Assembly (NCBI GenBank): GCA_000002445.1
Contig: CM000207.1
Span: 1,632,001-1,696,000, forward strand
From: Trypanosoma brucei
Taxonomy: Eukaryota
DNA: 64,000 bases
Direction of reading: 5' to 3'
Shown here: positions 42,980 to 55,316 of the stretch, in pieces
Position numbering within the stretch: position 1 is the first letter of the stretch
Layout of the letters: every line of letters starts with the position of its first letter
Notes under the pieces: model-generated
Seen by the model: only the letters and a program-made list of their open reading frames with translations
Told to the model about the DNA's origin: nothing
Databases searched by the model: none
Position numbers and translations under genes: made by a program

Positions 42980-44032
42980 CCCACACAGGATCACACAGCT
43001 TCGCTCTAATTATTTACTCTCTCTCTTTTTCACACGCACACACACACGCACGCGACCTCACGGAGCGACGATTCGGACGCGTTTGCTGTGCCAAGCCGTT
43101 ACCGACAGCGTCTGGTGTTGAGATGCGTGAAATTTTTTAAATTCTTCGTACACCTCGCGTCCGCCCGCACCGCGCTCGCCTCCAGCGGAACTTTTTACCA
43201 ACCGCTTAAGGGATGTTGCAAGTGCTTGTCACGTCTAGTGCTCGTTTACTCTTCTTGTTAAAATATGTATGACCGTTGAACACACGGCACAAACCCAGTG
43301 GTGACCTTGCCGATAAGAACTGCTGTTACTGCGGCAATGGTGAAGGATTTCTAGAGTGTAAACGTATCGCGACAAAGCCGCTAAGGCAAATGAAAATTTT
43401 ACCTATTTGAAAGTAAAATAAATGTACAAGTGTTGGAAATGCCCACAATTACTTTCCTAGCCTTTTGGTAACCACGGACGTGTATGATCAATTACCTAAT
43501 CAAAAAGTTCAAACTTTAAATAAGCGTAGGTATATATTTGTACCCAGCGTTGAATCCTAGAATTTGTAACATTTACAGGGGTAAAGACGATTTTGAAAGG
43601 AAAGGCATGTCACAGATTAGGCAAAGGAAAGAGAAATGTTGTGTGCACCAACCCAATCGCAGGAAGGGCTTGTGCAAACACACACACGCACACAGGGAGA
43701 GAAGCTCAACGGTCATTTTTGTTTTCCTCTTTTATAAAAGTAAAGGAAATAAAGTCAAAACCTTTTAATTAGCACTCCTGTTACTCGAACCATCTGCACA
43801 CAAAAAAACGTACAACCTCCCTCCCGCTTGAGGCCCACAGTGTGTAACCGATTGCCACACGGTAAAAACAGGAAACTGCGCAGTCAGTGAAGAAACAATT
43901 TAGCACAGGAACTCTTTCCTTTTGTGGTTGTTGACACGTATCGCGTTATTCTTATCACTCCCTGTCTAATGAACTTGAAGCGACGAGAAAGAATCAACAA
44001 CAACACAATTGACAACAGGCATTAATCCAACC

Positions 44033-46138
44033 TCATTTCACTGCCCGGCGAACCCGCTTTGCCTCTTGCCGTTCCCGAGAACTCATCAGTGCATTTTCAA
44101 TAGCATCTACACCCATGATGGCATCGACGGTACGACCACTGACCTCACCTCTGCGTTCCTTCTTTACGTAGTAGCTGTCCTTTAGAAGTTCATCAATCTC
44201 CACTTGCTTCATCGTACGACTGCGCTCCCCACGGGACATTTTCGCTAATTTGAGAGCCTCCAGCTTCTCGTTGCGCTCTGTACGGTGTCGCTTAGCGGAA
44301 GCTTCACCATGTTCGTCTTCGTCACCCTCTACACGTCGTCTCTTTTCCTCCCGTTCCTGTGTCTCACGTTCTCGCTTCTCACGAGTTTGCTGATTTATGA
44401 TCTCCATGATATCCGTGAGTTCTTCCTGAAGCGGAATTTTTAGAATGCGCATGTGCTTGATTTCTCCACAGTTCGGAACTTTGAAGAGGGCAAAACTATG
44501 TGTGAGGTCAGTGAGGTCGATCAACTGGAGTTGGAATATATACCTACACTCGTGTTCCTTGTAGGCACGAATAAACGAGACAAAGGCGCGCGCCGCAAGG
44601 TCCAATATCTTTTTGTTTTCCTGCTGTCGAACGGCCCTCCGAAGTTCGAGAATGGCCGGGCTCTCGCACAAATCTCCATGCACTTCCTTCCTCGTCCGCC
44701 GCGTAGTTGCACTTTTCGCATTTCGCTCCTCCTGAAGCATTGCGCGGCGCTCCTTGCGACTCATTCGTTGCTCCTTCTGGGCCCTGTGGAGGGACTTTCT
44801 TTTCTCCTGCAGTGAACTTGTGAGCGTACGCCTAACATTCATTTCCTCAACTACCTTCTGAGCCTCACCGATGTCATCCTTTTCCTCATTGTATGGGAGT
44901 AATGAAACATTCTGCAGCTTCATGAACGCAACATACTCCAACTCGTGAGGCATAAGAAACACGAGAGTTTCACCCTGGCGTCCCATTCGGGCTGTGCGTC
45001 CGATACGATGGATGAACGTAGCGGGGTCAACTGGCGGGTCGTACTGCACAACTACGCCAACCTCCGGAATGTCTAAACCGCGCGCCGCCACATCTGTACA
45101 CACGAGAACGCAACGATTTCGCTTTGTGACGGCGCGGTGAACACGCTGCCGCTTCTCCAGTTTCATCTGCCCATGAAGAGCAAAAACATTGTCAGCATCG
45201 TCCTTCAGCAGAATGCCAACAAGGCACGCATAAAGCCAGTCCACGCTGGCGCAGGTCATCACGTACACAATCACCTTCTGCTCTCGCCGCTTGCTGAGGA
45301 ACTCCAGTAGACGATCAAGTTTCTCCGATGCCCTCGTAAATGTGTAGTAGTTTGACAGCAACTCTGGGATTTGTGGTTTCGCTGCATTCGTCATTGCCGA
45401 ATTAAGCGAGTTCACACGCACAGCAACAGACACGGGGTTCCGCATGCCTGCGCGAGCCAACTCCGCTAATTCCTTTGTTTGCGTGGCGCTAAAGAGCCCA
45501 GTACGCCGCTGCTTCGGGAGCCGCTTGAGTATTGCGTCAAGTTTTGCCTTGAAGCCAAATTCAAGCAACCTATCGGCCTCATCCAATATGAGGAGCTCAA
45601 AAGACGTAAGGTTGAAAAGGCCTGAGTGCTTTGAGGAGACCAACAACTCATAAAGCCTTCCTGGTGTCCCAATTAAAACATTACCACCGGTCCTACTAAA
45701 CATGTCAACATCCAACTTAATGTCACGACCACCAATGTAGCACTGGCATGAGTATTTAGGCAACCCATTTTTGCCACCTAGGTAGTCGTACGATACATAG
45801 TGCAACATCTTTTTAGCCAGTTGGTGCACTTGCTGAGCAAGCTCACGGGAAGGAAGCACTATAACGGAAACAACCGCGTCCTTGCGATCCTTGCACACTT
45901 CCACCACACGATCGTACTGCAGCATTTCTAAGCATGGGATCAAATAAGCCAAAGTTTTCCCGCTTCCAGTAATGGCTTCAACCACAACATCGTAGTTACC
46001 CAAAAGCAGTGGAATGGTGCGTGCCTGAACAGGTGCCATATATCGAAACCCTGCGCATTCCGTTAGATAAGACATCGTCGCAGGGCGCAACGTCACGCCC
46101 TTCATGTCCTTCCACTCGCTGCTGCTGACACCGCTCAT
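44033..46138 (-). CDS. DEAD-box ATP-dependent RNA helicase (701 aa) with Lys/Glu/Arg-rich C-terminal extension (Spb4/DDX55-like)
   Basis: Q-motif/motif I (GFRYMAPVQARTIPLLL...TGSGKTLAYLIP), motif II DEAD (LILDEADRLL), motif III SAT (LFSATQT), motif VI HRIGRTAR. The track ORF runs into the upstream pyrimidine tract; the helicase-like sequence begins at the ATG at 46136-46138 (MSGVSSSEW...). Confidence 0.85.
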   Translation of the reverse strand: MSGVSSSEWKDMKGVTLRPATMSYLTECAGFRYMAPVQARTIPLLLGNYDVVVEAITGSGKTLAYLIPCLEMLQYDRVVEVCKDRKDAVVSVIVLPSRELAQQVHQLAKKMLHYVSYDYLGGKNGLPKYSCQCYIGGRDIKLDVDMFSRTGGNVLIGTPGRLYELLVSSKHSGLFNLTSFELLILDEADRLLEFGFKAKLDAILKRLPKQRRTGLFSATQTKELAELARAGMRNPVSVAVRVNSLNSAMTNAAKPQIPELLSNYYTFTRASEKLDRLLEFLSKRREQKVIVYVMTCASVDWLYACLVGILLKDDADNVFALHGQMKLEKRQRVHRAVTKRNRCVLVCTDVAARGLDIPEVGVVVQYDPPVDPATFIHRIGRTARMGRQGETLVFLMPHELEYVAFMKLQNVSLLPYNEEKDDIGEAQKVVEEMNVRRTLTSSLQEKRKSLHRAQKEQRMSRKERRAMLQEERNAKSATTRRTRKEVHGDLCESPAILELRRAVRQQENKKILDLAARAFVSFIRAYKEHECRYIFQLQLIDLTDLTHSFALFKVPNCGEIKHMRILKIPLQEELTDIMEIINQQTREKRERETQEREEKRRRVEGDEDEHGEASAKRHRTERNEKLEALKLAKMSRGERSRTMKQVEIDELLKDSYYVKKERRGEVSGRTVDAIMGVDAIENALMSSRERQEAKRVRRAVK

Positions 46139-46500
46139 CGCCACAGCAGGAATCCCTACGAGATATAAATCAAAAAAAAAAAGCGAAAAGAAGTAAGGGA
46201 ACACAGAATATACAAAACTGTAGGAAATGGTATCGTTTATAACCAGAGAATAAAGGTGAACCAAATGCAGAGGAGAGAAGGCAAGTACACGACAGACGAA
46301 ACGATAATGCGAAGGAAAAAAAAACAAAGAGAAAAACGAAGGTACATCTTCACAAGTAAATTTTCGCTTGCCGAACACACTAACCAACTCGGGAATTTTC
46401 CACCCCACTGCAACGACCATCACCACAACCACACCCACAGTACGACGCTCACATGAAGCTAATAGAAACTTTATGCAAAGAGTACAATACACCAACCAAA
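46139..46500 (-). promoter_or_regulatory. Polypyrimidine tract / trans-splice acceptor region upstream of the DEAD-box helicase
   Basis: The plus strand is purine-rich (aaaaaaaaaagcgaaaagaagtaagggaacacag...), i.e. pyrimidine-rich on the transcribed strand. This accounts for the spurious F/L/S-rich N-terminal extension in the ORF track. Confidence 0.5.
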
Positions 46501-46814
46501 CACATATATATCACACCACCTCTGTAAGAAATTTAAAGAAGCTCCTAGCATCGAGAAAAATCACGAAGTTGCAACGTGCTCCGAGGTCCCAACAGGCAGG
46601 AAGTCAAACAACAGAAACAAATAAAGACAGAGAGAAAACGAGCAAGGATCGGGTAATAGGGGCGACACACACGCGGACGTAAGAAAATAGTGTAACTATT
46701 TACCATGCAAAGCTAAATTGCAAAAAAAAAAGGAGCGACGTCCTATGATGCAAAGGCATATAATATATGAAAATTGTAACCAGGTAGAATTGGACGGCAC
46801 ATTAAGTCACATCG

Positions 46815-47927
46815 CTAAATTAGCTGTTCTCTATGGCGAAGCACATCTTGTATGAAGGCATTAACCGTCTCTCCGTACCCGGGAATAAGCGGAAGGGTGT
46901 TGTGGTCCCCTTCAGGATATTCGACAAACCTACGACTTCTTGTGCTGAAAGTCTTGGAGTATAATTTCTTCATCTGCAGCGGAGGTACCACATTGTCCTT
47001 CAGACCAGAGAGAAACAGCATCGGTGCACATATCTTCTGCACGGCGTCAATACTGCGCCACTTAATATGGAGGCAAAGCGGCTTAACATAGTATTCGAAC
47101 AAGGATAACAGCAAGAACGAGAAACATGGTTGAGCACCGTTAAGTGCGTGCCTCACCATCTCGGAGGCCATATCGCCAATGGAAGTAAATGTATTTTCCA
47201 CTATGACGCCTGCGATATGCTTCGCGTTGTGGGGTTCAGCAGCCAAATGAATAGCAACTGCACCACCCAGACTAGTCCCCATAACGAAAATACGGTCAGC
47301 TGGAATGTGTGGATGACAAAGCAAATAATCCAAGCATGCCTGCGCATCCAACATAACACCCTCTTGTGTTGGGGATACCGAGTCACTCTGACCATATCCC
47401 CTATAGTCTACCATGAGTACCGCACATCGGCATTTGGTGGATAACATGGCCGCGATGGGTATGCGGTGGCCGACGTTACCCGCGTTACCGTGAAAATACA
47501 AAATTGAGCACTGCGGATGTGCAGATCCGGTACCGGACCCCTCAAGACGCTCCAAGAAGGGGGGATTCGGATTACTGCGGTCCGAAGCTGCTGATAGAGG
47601 TGGAACTCGTAGCATATATCCCATTCTCTCCTCCATGTCATGCTGCTGCCGTGGCCTCTCTTGCAACTCCATTGGTGGCCACATAATAAATCCGCGCAAA
47701 GTTAGACCGTCCGCCGTGCGTATATGCACCTGCTCTGAGTTCCTATATCCCCTCTCCAGGGGGCTGTCACAAACAAACGTGCTACCCGCTGGTACGTTGG
47801 GGAAGTATAAGAAGTGGTTCTGGCTCTCACGCATTCGATAACCCACCGCCGCAAGAAAAATGGTAGAGACCAAGAGGGCGACAAGAACCCACATGAGTAG
47901 CGTTACTGCAACCCGCTCAGCGCTCAT
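46815..47927 (-). CDS. Alpha/beta-hydrolase, ABHD13/Bem46-like (370 aa) with N-terminal TM anchor
   Basis: FHGNAGN, GxSxG nucleophile elbow (GTSLGGAVA) and a hydrolase-fold C-terminus. N-terminal hydrophobic helix. The track start is a GTG; the first ATG is at 47925-47927. Confidence 0.75.
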   Translation of the reverse strand: MSAERVAVTLLMWVLVALLVSTIFLAAVGYRMRESQNHFLYFPNVPAGSTFVCDSPLERGYRNSEQVHIRTADGLTLRGFIMWPPMELQERPRQQHDMEERMGYMLRVPPLSAASDRSNPNPPFLERLEGSGTGSAHPQCSILYFHGNAGNVGHRIPIAAMLSTKCRCAVLMVDYRGYGQSDSVSPTQEGVMLDAQACLDYLLCHPHIPADRIFVMGTSLGGAVAIHLAAEPHNAKHIAGVIVENTFTSIGDMASEMVRHALNGAQPCFSFLLLSLFEYYVKPLCLHIKWRSIDAVQKICAPMLFLSGLKDNVVPPLQMKKLYSKTFSTRSRRFVEYPEGDHNTLPLIPGYGETVNAFIQDVLRHREQLI

Positions 47928-49446
47928 CACAGTTTGAAGTGAAAGAAATAATGTACAAAACGCGGAGCAGCGCGCAAAAAAAAAAAAGTCTCCGATGGAA
48001 AGGTCAAGCCTCCTCTGCTCTCAAATTCTACGGGCCAAGGGTGAATGTATCTGAAGAAGATTAAGCGATCACCCGCAACACCCCTTCAAACACGTTGAAC
48101 ACACCGAACAGTAAAACAACGCGGGGTAAATTCCACTGTCCCACGTAGGCTTGCAGTCCTGTACTCTTCGTAGAGTATGGGACTCTGCAGACAGCAGGCC
48201 GAAATGGAAGGAACTACAAGGAGAAAAACCTTCAATAATTCACACCTTAAGCACCCCGGAGATTGGCTTTTAACCTTTAAAAAGTAAGATCCCCACAGTT
48301 CAAAAAAAAAAATCCCCCTTGGGGAACGATATGGTGTAGTTGAAAAAGAAAAAAAGAAAGACAAAATGAGATTAAAGGGGAAGAAAGTAACTTGCTTGCG
48401 AAATGGCATCACCAAAGTCTGCGTAGCATTCCCCACGTTCCAAACACACACGCACACACACACACACACAAAAGGAAGCAAAAATATATATACATTTATA
48501 TTAGCGCCACCCCTCCCTCGTTGCAAGAAAGCGACGCAAATTCCCCCCACCCTCCTCGCCTCTTTTATTTTTATTTTATTTTTTTGCCTTTTCTTTTTTT
48601 TATTTTCTTCTTTTCTCTCTACTAACCGATATTCCATCCTCCCGATGCGTGGGAAACTGGTTGCTTGTAGATGTTAGGCAGAAGACTTTGTTTGTATTAC
48701 GATCATATGGGGCCTCCCTCCAACTTGGAATTATTTGGAGTTGCAGGAACAAACAGAAGGGTGCCATCCACGTGTGTGTGCGCGTGTGGAATGTGAGAAA
48801 AACGTACGAATAAAGCAACGTGAAAAGTTATTTATGAAGCATTTCTGTTCTCCAAATCACCCTCTCAATTCCCACATCTCAGTAGCGTCCGTTTGCGTTC
48901 TTTCAACTGGGAGGTGATGACAAAAAATAAAAAAAACTCAGAGAGGGAAAGAGGAAGAACACACTAGGAAAATTCATAGCAATAAAAAAAAAAAACGTTT
49001 CTGTTAGAGGTGCTTAAAATACCTCCAAAAGAAATAAAAAACAGAGATCCGAAAAAGTGGTGCAGTTCCCCACGCCCTGATCCATGTTCCACCACCCGCA
49101 CGTTGGTGCTTGTCGTTAAACGACTCTCGGTGAAGGCACACCCTATTCCTCAACGTAGCTCGCACCAAAAAAAAAAATGCATTTATGCGTCGTGCAACTT
49201 TTCCTTCTCCCCTTCCCTCAATTTCGCCCAGTACTTCGTACCCTTTTTATATCTTCGTCCCCCTCAATCATCCTTCCAACCTCATTTCCTCCTTGCATAT
49301 ATATATATATATATATATACACGTATTCTTCCTCCTCCTCCTCTCTATCACGCGTTGTTTGAGAAAATAACCTTCACTCACTCCTACATATCTTTCTTTT
49401 TTTTCTTCACCCTTGTCAATCCTTCATACCCTTACACCATGCACAA

Positions 49447-50109
49447 CTAGCACGCACAATCGCTTTTCTTTGTACTAGGCCTTTGTTGGCCCAATCTGAT
49501 GGATTGCGGCAACGCCACCCCCTCTTCCGCAGTAGCTTTCTTTGCTAGCGCAGCTTTACTTACCGTTAAGAACGCCTCTTCCACGCCCACATTTGCCTTT
49601 GCTGATGCTTCAAAGTATTGAATGGATCCCATCGTTTCCTCCCCAGCAGCTGCACCTAAAGAGGCATCACCACCTTCCCCATTTTTTAGTGATTCACACC
49701 AGGCTTCTGCCGTGCGACTGGTCACCTGCCGGCGCTCCGTCAGGTCCGATTTGTTGCCAATCAGCACACATTCCCGCTGGCCCGCTTGAGCGCGAAACTC
49801 TTCCAACCACGAATTAATGTGAGAAAAGGATTCCGAATCGGTAAGGTCAAACACAAGAACACATGCGTCAGCTCCACGATAAAAGGCAGAGCCAAGTGAC
49901 TGGAAACGCTCCTGCCCAGCTGTGTCCCATATTTGCAATGTGACAAGTTTGCCATCGATCTCCACATCCCTCGTGAGAAAATCTGCACCTATCGTCGCCT
50001 TGTACCGGTTGTCAAAGTTTTTATTCACATATTGATGCACCAACGCAGTCTTTCCGACACCGCTATCCCCAAGAATAATTATCTTCAGCAACTGTCGGTT
50101 TGGAGCCAT
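49447..50109 (-). CDS. RAB7: Rab7 small GTPase (220 aa)
   Basis: LLKIIILGDSGVGKTALVHQYVNKNF...YKATIGADFLTRDV, WDTAGQERF, GNKSD and a C-terminal CAC prenylation motif; closest to Rab7 among the Rabs. ATG at 50107-50109. Confidence 0.85.
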   Translation of the reverse strand: MAPNRQLLKIIILGDSGVGKTALVHQYVNKNFDNRYKATIGADFLTRDVEIDGKLVTLQIWDTAGQERFQSLGSAFYRGADACVLVFDLTDSESFSHINSWLEEFRAQAGQRECVLIGNKSDLTERRQVTSRTAEAWCESLKNGEGGDASLGAAAGEETMGSIQYFEASAKANVGVEEAFLTVSKAALAKKATAEEGVALPQSIRLGQQRPSTKKSDCAC

Positions 50110-50413
50110 CTTTCTTTTCCCCCCTCCTTCCTTCCCTTTTTTTTGTTGTTGTTATTATTCTTGTTTCCTTCGGTTCCTTCAATTCAATGTTTCCGCACCC
50201 TCCTCCCTAAATTCACCCGTAGACCCAACGCTCCGGCACAAACGTAAGAGGCACTTGCACTCTACCTTTCCCTTTTAAAGAAAAAAAAAATCTGTAGTTT
50301 GCGGTGTTTAAATCCCTAAAAGTTGCGTTTCCAATAATATTTGTATTTTCTTTTCTTCCTCTGTGTTGTTTCTGCACCTTCCCTTTGGTGCAACTCACCT
50401 TGTCACCTTTTCA

Positions 50414-50415
<2 letters not shown>

Positions 50416-50445
<30 letters not shown>

Positions 50446-50447
50446 AC
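50416..50447. repeat. Compound (AT)n(TG)n microsatellite
   Basis: atatatatatatatatatatgtgtgtgtgtgt. Confidence 0.85.
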
Positions 50448-50865
50448 GTGTATATGTGTTTTTGCTTTTTTTTCCTTTTTTTTTGTGTGTTTCTCACCAG
50501 CACTTGGGTGATTTTGCTTCAATATGGGGCTAACGTCAAAGTAGTTTAAAGGCACGAGGGCAATTCAACAACGTACACCACACGAAAGTGATACCAAAAG
50601 GTGGGGAAAAGTGTTGATACAAAACCACAAGAAATAAATAAAGCAAAACAAGAAGAATGAGATGGAGGAAAATAATAATAATAACAATAGTAATAACAAT
50701 AGTAGTAATAATAATAGTATATATGGATTGCGTAAAGAAGAGAATTGGAACAAATCAAATAAAAGAAAGGGCGACGACAGCAGGTAGTCTCTGCCACCTT
50801 CCCTCTCACTTACATGAAAACACACACACACACACATGCATACGCATATAAGCGCAACCACCAAC

Positions 50866-50891
50866 GGCAGAAGCAGCAGCAGCAGCAGCAG
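50866..50891. repeat. (AGC)n trinucleotide microsatellite
   Basis: aagcagcagcagcagcagcagaagg, in the Rab7/PKA intergenic region. Confidence 0.85.
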
Positions 50892-53800
50892 AAGGATAAT
50901 TAATGTGCTGGTGTGGTGGAGGAAAGAAAGAAAGAAAGAAAAACTACATTAGTAGTCGATTCGAGTGGTGAGAAAACAGAAGTTTAGCCACAAAGAATCC
51001 CCGTGAGGGGTGTCCCGCAGGTTACAGCCACGGTCATAATAGTAATAATAGTAATAATAATAAGTCTTGTCACTGTCTTGTGCACATGCACACATGGATG
51101 CACATTCACGCATCACCGCATAAACGTGTAAATATACCTAAATACAAATACACGTACCTCTGGCTACGAGGACAGGGAGTACGCGACAAAACCAGAATGA
51201 TAATAAAGAAAAACACACACACACAAAAAAAAAAAAAAGCCCACCCCCTCCACACACACACATTCAAAGAAAATGACAAATATAAAGACAAAAACAGAGA
51301 AAGAAGAAGTAGCCAAATGAATCGGGTGGCGACGGAGTGAAGAGGCAGTATGGCAATTTTCATATTACTTTTTCATTTTTTTTACCTTAACCCCCTTGTA
51401 GTCTTCTATGCTATCACTGTCAACCTTCTTTTATTTGCTTTTTTTATTTGTTTTCTTTACTTCTTGTTTATTTCTTTATTACTTACTTTCTTTCTTTATA
51501 TTGCATTGCCTCACTCGCAATTTGAGGATAGACAGATAGAGATAGAGATAGAGATAAAGAGAAGGAAAGGAAAGGAAAGAAGGAGAGAAACAAAAATGTT
51601 TACACTTTCCTGCAACCTCTTATGCGTCACCCCTCTTACTTAACTTGGCAAACAAATATTTGCAGTTAATGTTCTATTTTATTCACACGTTGAACTTACA
51701 CATTTTGCTCCATCATCCCAACACACGCCCCACCCCTTTCTCCTCCTCCTCCTCCTCCAATCTGAAGTCACTTAATTAACTAAAAATAAAAAAAAAGTAG
51801 CACCAACCAAACGCTAATTTCTTCTATCTCTCTTTTTTTTTATTATTATTCTTTTCTTTTACCATCCTTTTTCTTTTTTTCTTCTTCCTTCTTTTTATCT
51901 TGAATTTTCAATTTCATATAAAAGCTCGGTAGTCGTTTGCTCGTCCCACCGGCGCCAGAGCACTATTATCCCCACCAGAAGCAAACCAATCAAAACAAAA
52001 CAATTTAAAAGGAAAAAAAAAGACTCGGGTTAAACGAAGGAATCAAATAAAAAAAACAATAAAATCAGCGGCAGAAGAAAAATAATAACAGTAATGACAA
52101 TAACAACAGCAGTTATAACAATAATATAAACAAAAAGGAAATGATGAGAAAGTTTGGAAGCATCATACCCACACGCAAATATACCGGCGTTGCTTCAGAG
52201 AGGGGAAAAAAAAAGAAAGAAACAGTAAGGAAGAGAAGAAATAAACATGAATGTACCGCGTCACGAAAACCGAAGCCGAGGAATTTACGAAACAAAAAAA
52301 AAAAAGAAAACAAAAAAAGAAAAAAAGGGGAAAAAATTGTCTATTTGCACGCACAAATACCCCTTATATATAAATATATAAACACACAAATTTATATATT
52401 TATATTCACCCGGAACAACAGCAACCACGCTATCCGCGTAAAAAAAAAATGTGTTAAAAGATTAGGAAACAGCACCGAAGGGAGAAAAAGAAGAAGGGAA
52501 AGAAGGTAAAAAAAAAACACATAAACATAAACACAAAAAAATTAAGGGTAGGGAAAAAAAAAGCAAGAGGAAGAGGAGACGGCAACCGATTGTGAGGTGC
52601 CACAAATATGACAACGCGAACGCGGGGCAAAAAAAAAAAAAAAAGAAAATCACAAGGAAAAAAACTAAAAATAGAGAAGAGAAAAAAAAGAGAAACATAA
52701 AAATACATTATGATAACAAAATACTTAGATATGTATTTTGTTACACTCATTACTTCATGCGCAATGCCGAACCCAAATTTAACGGGGATGCAAATCCCGC
52801 CAACATTCCGTATTGGAGGATTACCGAAGGGGGAAAAAAATCACAAAAAACCAAACGAACAAAAAAAAGAGAAAGAGAGAGAAAGAGTAGAACAAAACAA
52901 AAGACTACACGCCCGTATATATCTATATATCTATATATACATCCGTGCATTTATATATATCTATATACTTTTATATTTTTAAAAAAAAACACATTACACA
53001 ATTAAAATTAAGCTATAAATCGCTCCTTCGCCGCGCGACTTTCCTCCCCCCTCCCCACCCAAATTTGTTTCCCCCGCCTCTTCGAAACCGCACACCACAG
53101 GGGGGAAAAGTTAAAAAAAAAAGGGAAGAAATCCAAAATAATCACAAGAAGGAAATCATAACATCGTCCCTGCTTTTCTTCTCCCACGTCAACATCACCA
53201 CCACTACGTATAAAATTGAGAGGCACCAGAAAAATAATGCCCAGAACCCAACTGGCGCTCAAACACAAATAACAACGGCTTTTATAATTTCACTCTCTTT
53301 TTTTTTCTTTCTTCCTTCCTCCCCAAGTCATTCCATCAAGAATTAAAGAAAAAAACATAACCTTCTTTCCTCTTTTTGGTCTTCCTCACCCACACCGGTT
53401 TTATAATTCACACACTAACATTATAAAATCATTTCCATACACGGACGCCACACGTCCAGTTGGTGCAAATAATAATAATACCACTCTCACGCACCTCCTT
53501 CCTCATCCCAAAACAACAAAAAACAAAAACAACTTAAAGAAAAAGAAAAAGAAAAAAAAGGAGAAACAAGTAGACAAGAGTTGCTAATCAGCAATGGAAA
53601 TAGCTTTGAAAATCAAAAGAATGGATGGGCAAATTAAAGAAGAAAAGGAGACTTGTAAATAACACCAAGCGTACCCCCCCCCCACCCATCCCCACAAATT
53701 AGCGTGGAACGCTCCCTCACAATCATCAAAATAAGGGAAAACAGAGTAAATTAAAAGTATGAAAGAAAAAAGAAAAGAAAAATGAATAAAACTACAATAG

Positions 53801-53951
53801 AACGAAAAGAACTCAAAGCGATACAAACATCTACGGCAACGCGAGACATGACTGGAGTGGAAACAGCAGCGGAATTGTCATTCTACGTTAACCTCCTCTC
53901 CTGTCTCGAACTTATAACAGCACCGCAAGTCAAAGCCATGCATACACACAC

Positions 53952-54962
53952 CTAAAACCCACGGAACTCCAATTGTTGTGATGGTGCTAACGGGGGCAAC
54001 CGCTTATCCCCACTCTCGGGATACGACTCAAAGTTACTTGTGTCGCCGGGGCTCTTCACTTTTACAGGAATGGGAGCGTGATAATGACGTCCATAGAGTT
54101 TCTCCCAATTCGCACCACGGAAGAATGGGTGATTCTTCACATCAGCTACGCCATCCTTCAGCGTGCCCAACCGTTTCGTGTGATCCGTTTGCAATAAACC
54201 CTTTACGAGATCCCGCGCACGGGAGTCAAACCAATTGGGGAATTTGAACCGGCCCGCAAGAATCTTTTCATACGTCCGAATTGGGGTTTCATCAAAAAAG
54301 GGAGGATGGCCAGCTATGAATTCATACAGCAAAACACCCATCGTCCACCAATCCACAGCCTTCCCATGTCCTTTGCTCTGAATTACCTCAGGTGCAAGAT
54401 ACTCAGGTGTCCCACATAACGTATAGGTACGATCCGTCACCTTCTTAGCAAAACCAAAATCAGTCACCTTGACGTGTCCCTTCCCATCAAGTAGCAGATT
54501 CTCAGGTTTCAAGTCACGGTAGATAATGTCCTTCGAGTGTAAATATTCAAAGGCCAACACAAGCTCCGCATGATAGAACTTCGCTACGTCATTCGGGAAA
54601 CGGCCTGCGGAACGAAGGTGAGTAAATACCTCACCACCTACCACAAATTCTAGAACAAAGTAGACGCGGTTCTCATCCTGGAAGGAACACATCATGTTCA
54701 CAATGAAGGGGTGTGACAACTCCATTAGAATTTGCTTCTCTTGGTTCAGGTGTTGTACCTGCTTCATCTTTAGTATCTCACGCTTCTTTAGACATTTTAT
54801 TGCATAATACTCCCCCCTGCTCTTCAGTTTTGCAATGCGCACGCGACCAAACGAGCCGGTCCCTAGCGTGTCACCCATTTCAAAGTCACTCAGCTTCCAT
54901 CCCGATGTGTCAGGTTTGGTAAACACATACGTTTGCGGTTCCGTCGACGTGGCTACAGGCAT
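53952..54962 (-). CDS. PKAC: cAMP-dependent protein kinase catalytic subunit (AGC kinase, PKAC), 336 aa
   Basis: GTGSFGRV, AIK, HRDLKPENLLLD, DFGFAK, GTPEYLAPE and a C-terminal hydrophobic-motif tail. The track ORF is extended at the N-terminus by pyrimidine-tract translation; the kinase-like sequence begins at the ATG at 54960-54962 (MPVATSTEP...). Confidence 0.9.
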   Translation of the reverse strand: MPVATSTEPQTYVFTKPDTSGWKLSDFEMGDTLGTGSFGRVRIAKLKSRGEYYAIKCLKKREILKMKQVQHLNQEKQILMELSHPFIVNMMCSFQDENRVYFVLEFVVGGEVFTHLRSAGRFPNDVAKFYHAELVLAFEYLHSKDIIYRDLKPENLLLDGKGHVKVTDFGFAKKVTDRTYTLCGTPEYLAPEVIQSKGHGKAVDWWTMGVLLYEFIAGHPPFFDETPIRTYEKILAGRFKFPNWFDSRARDLVKGLLQTDHTKRLGTLKDGVADVKNHPFFRGANWEKLYGRHYHAPIPVKVKSPGDTSNFESYPESGDKRLPPLAPSQQLEFRGF

Positions 54963-55210
54963 CCGCACTACCAGTACCTGCTCAAGCTCTGTCAAAAAAG
55001 AATAATGTATAAATAAATGTAGACTTACGTATGCAACAAAATAGCTTATTTTTGTGGAGAAAACAAAAACGGAAAGAGGAGTAAAGGGTTCTTCGACAGT
55101 ATTCAAAATATAAAAAAGTAACACCAACAGCAGAAGAAGGAAAGGCAAAAGGGAGAACAAGAGTGCGCCCGTGACCTCCCTCCGATATTCATTGAAATTC
55201 TGTAACAATG
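54963..55210 (-). promoter_or_regulatory. Polypyrimidine tract / trans-splice acceptor region upstream of PKAC
   Basis: The plus strand is purine-rich (aaaacggaaagaggagtaaagg...cagaagaaggaaaggcaaaagggagaacaagag), i.e. a pyrimidine tract on the transcribed strand. Confidence 0.5.
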
Positions 55211-55316
55211 TAAAAATTTGGGAGGTGTTTCCCCTTTAAACGACAAGCCGACCCCTCCACCACCGAGAGGGGGAAGAGATGAAGAATTATGCACCAACTA
55301 TGTTATATATTGCCTT

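Noticed and set aside
46139-46495. N-terminal 119-residue extension of the helicase ORF, and the analogous 82-residue extension of the PKAC ORF (54963..55208)
   Set aside because: These stretches are F/L/S-rich translations of the upstream pyrimidine tract with no helicase or kinase features. The conserved proteins start at the internal ATGs.
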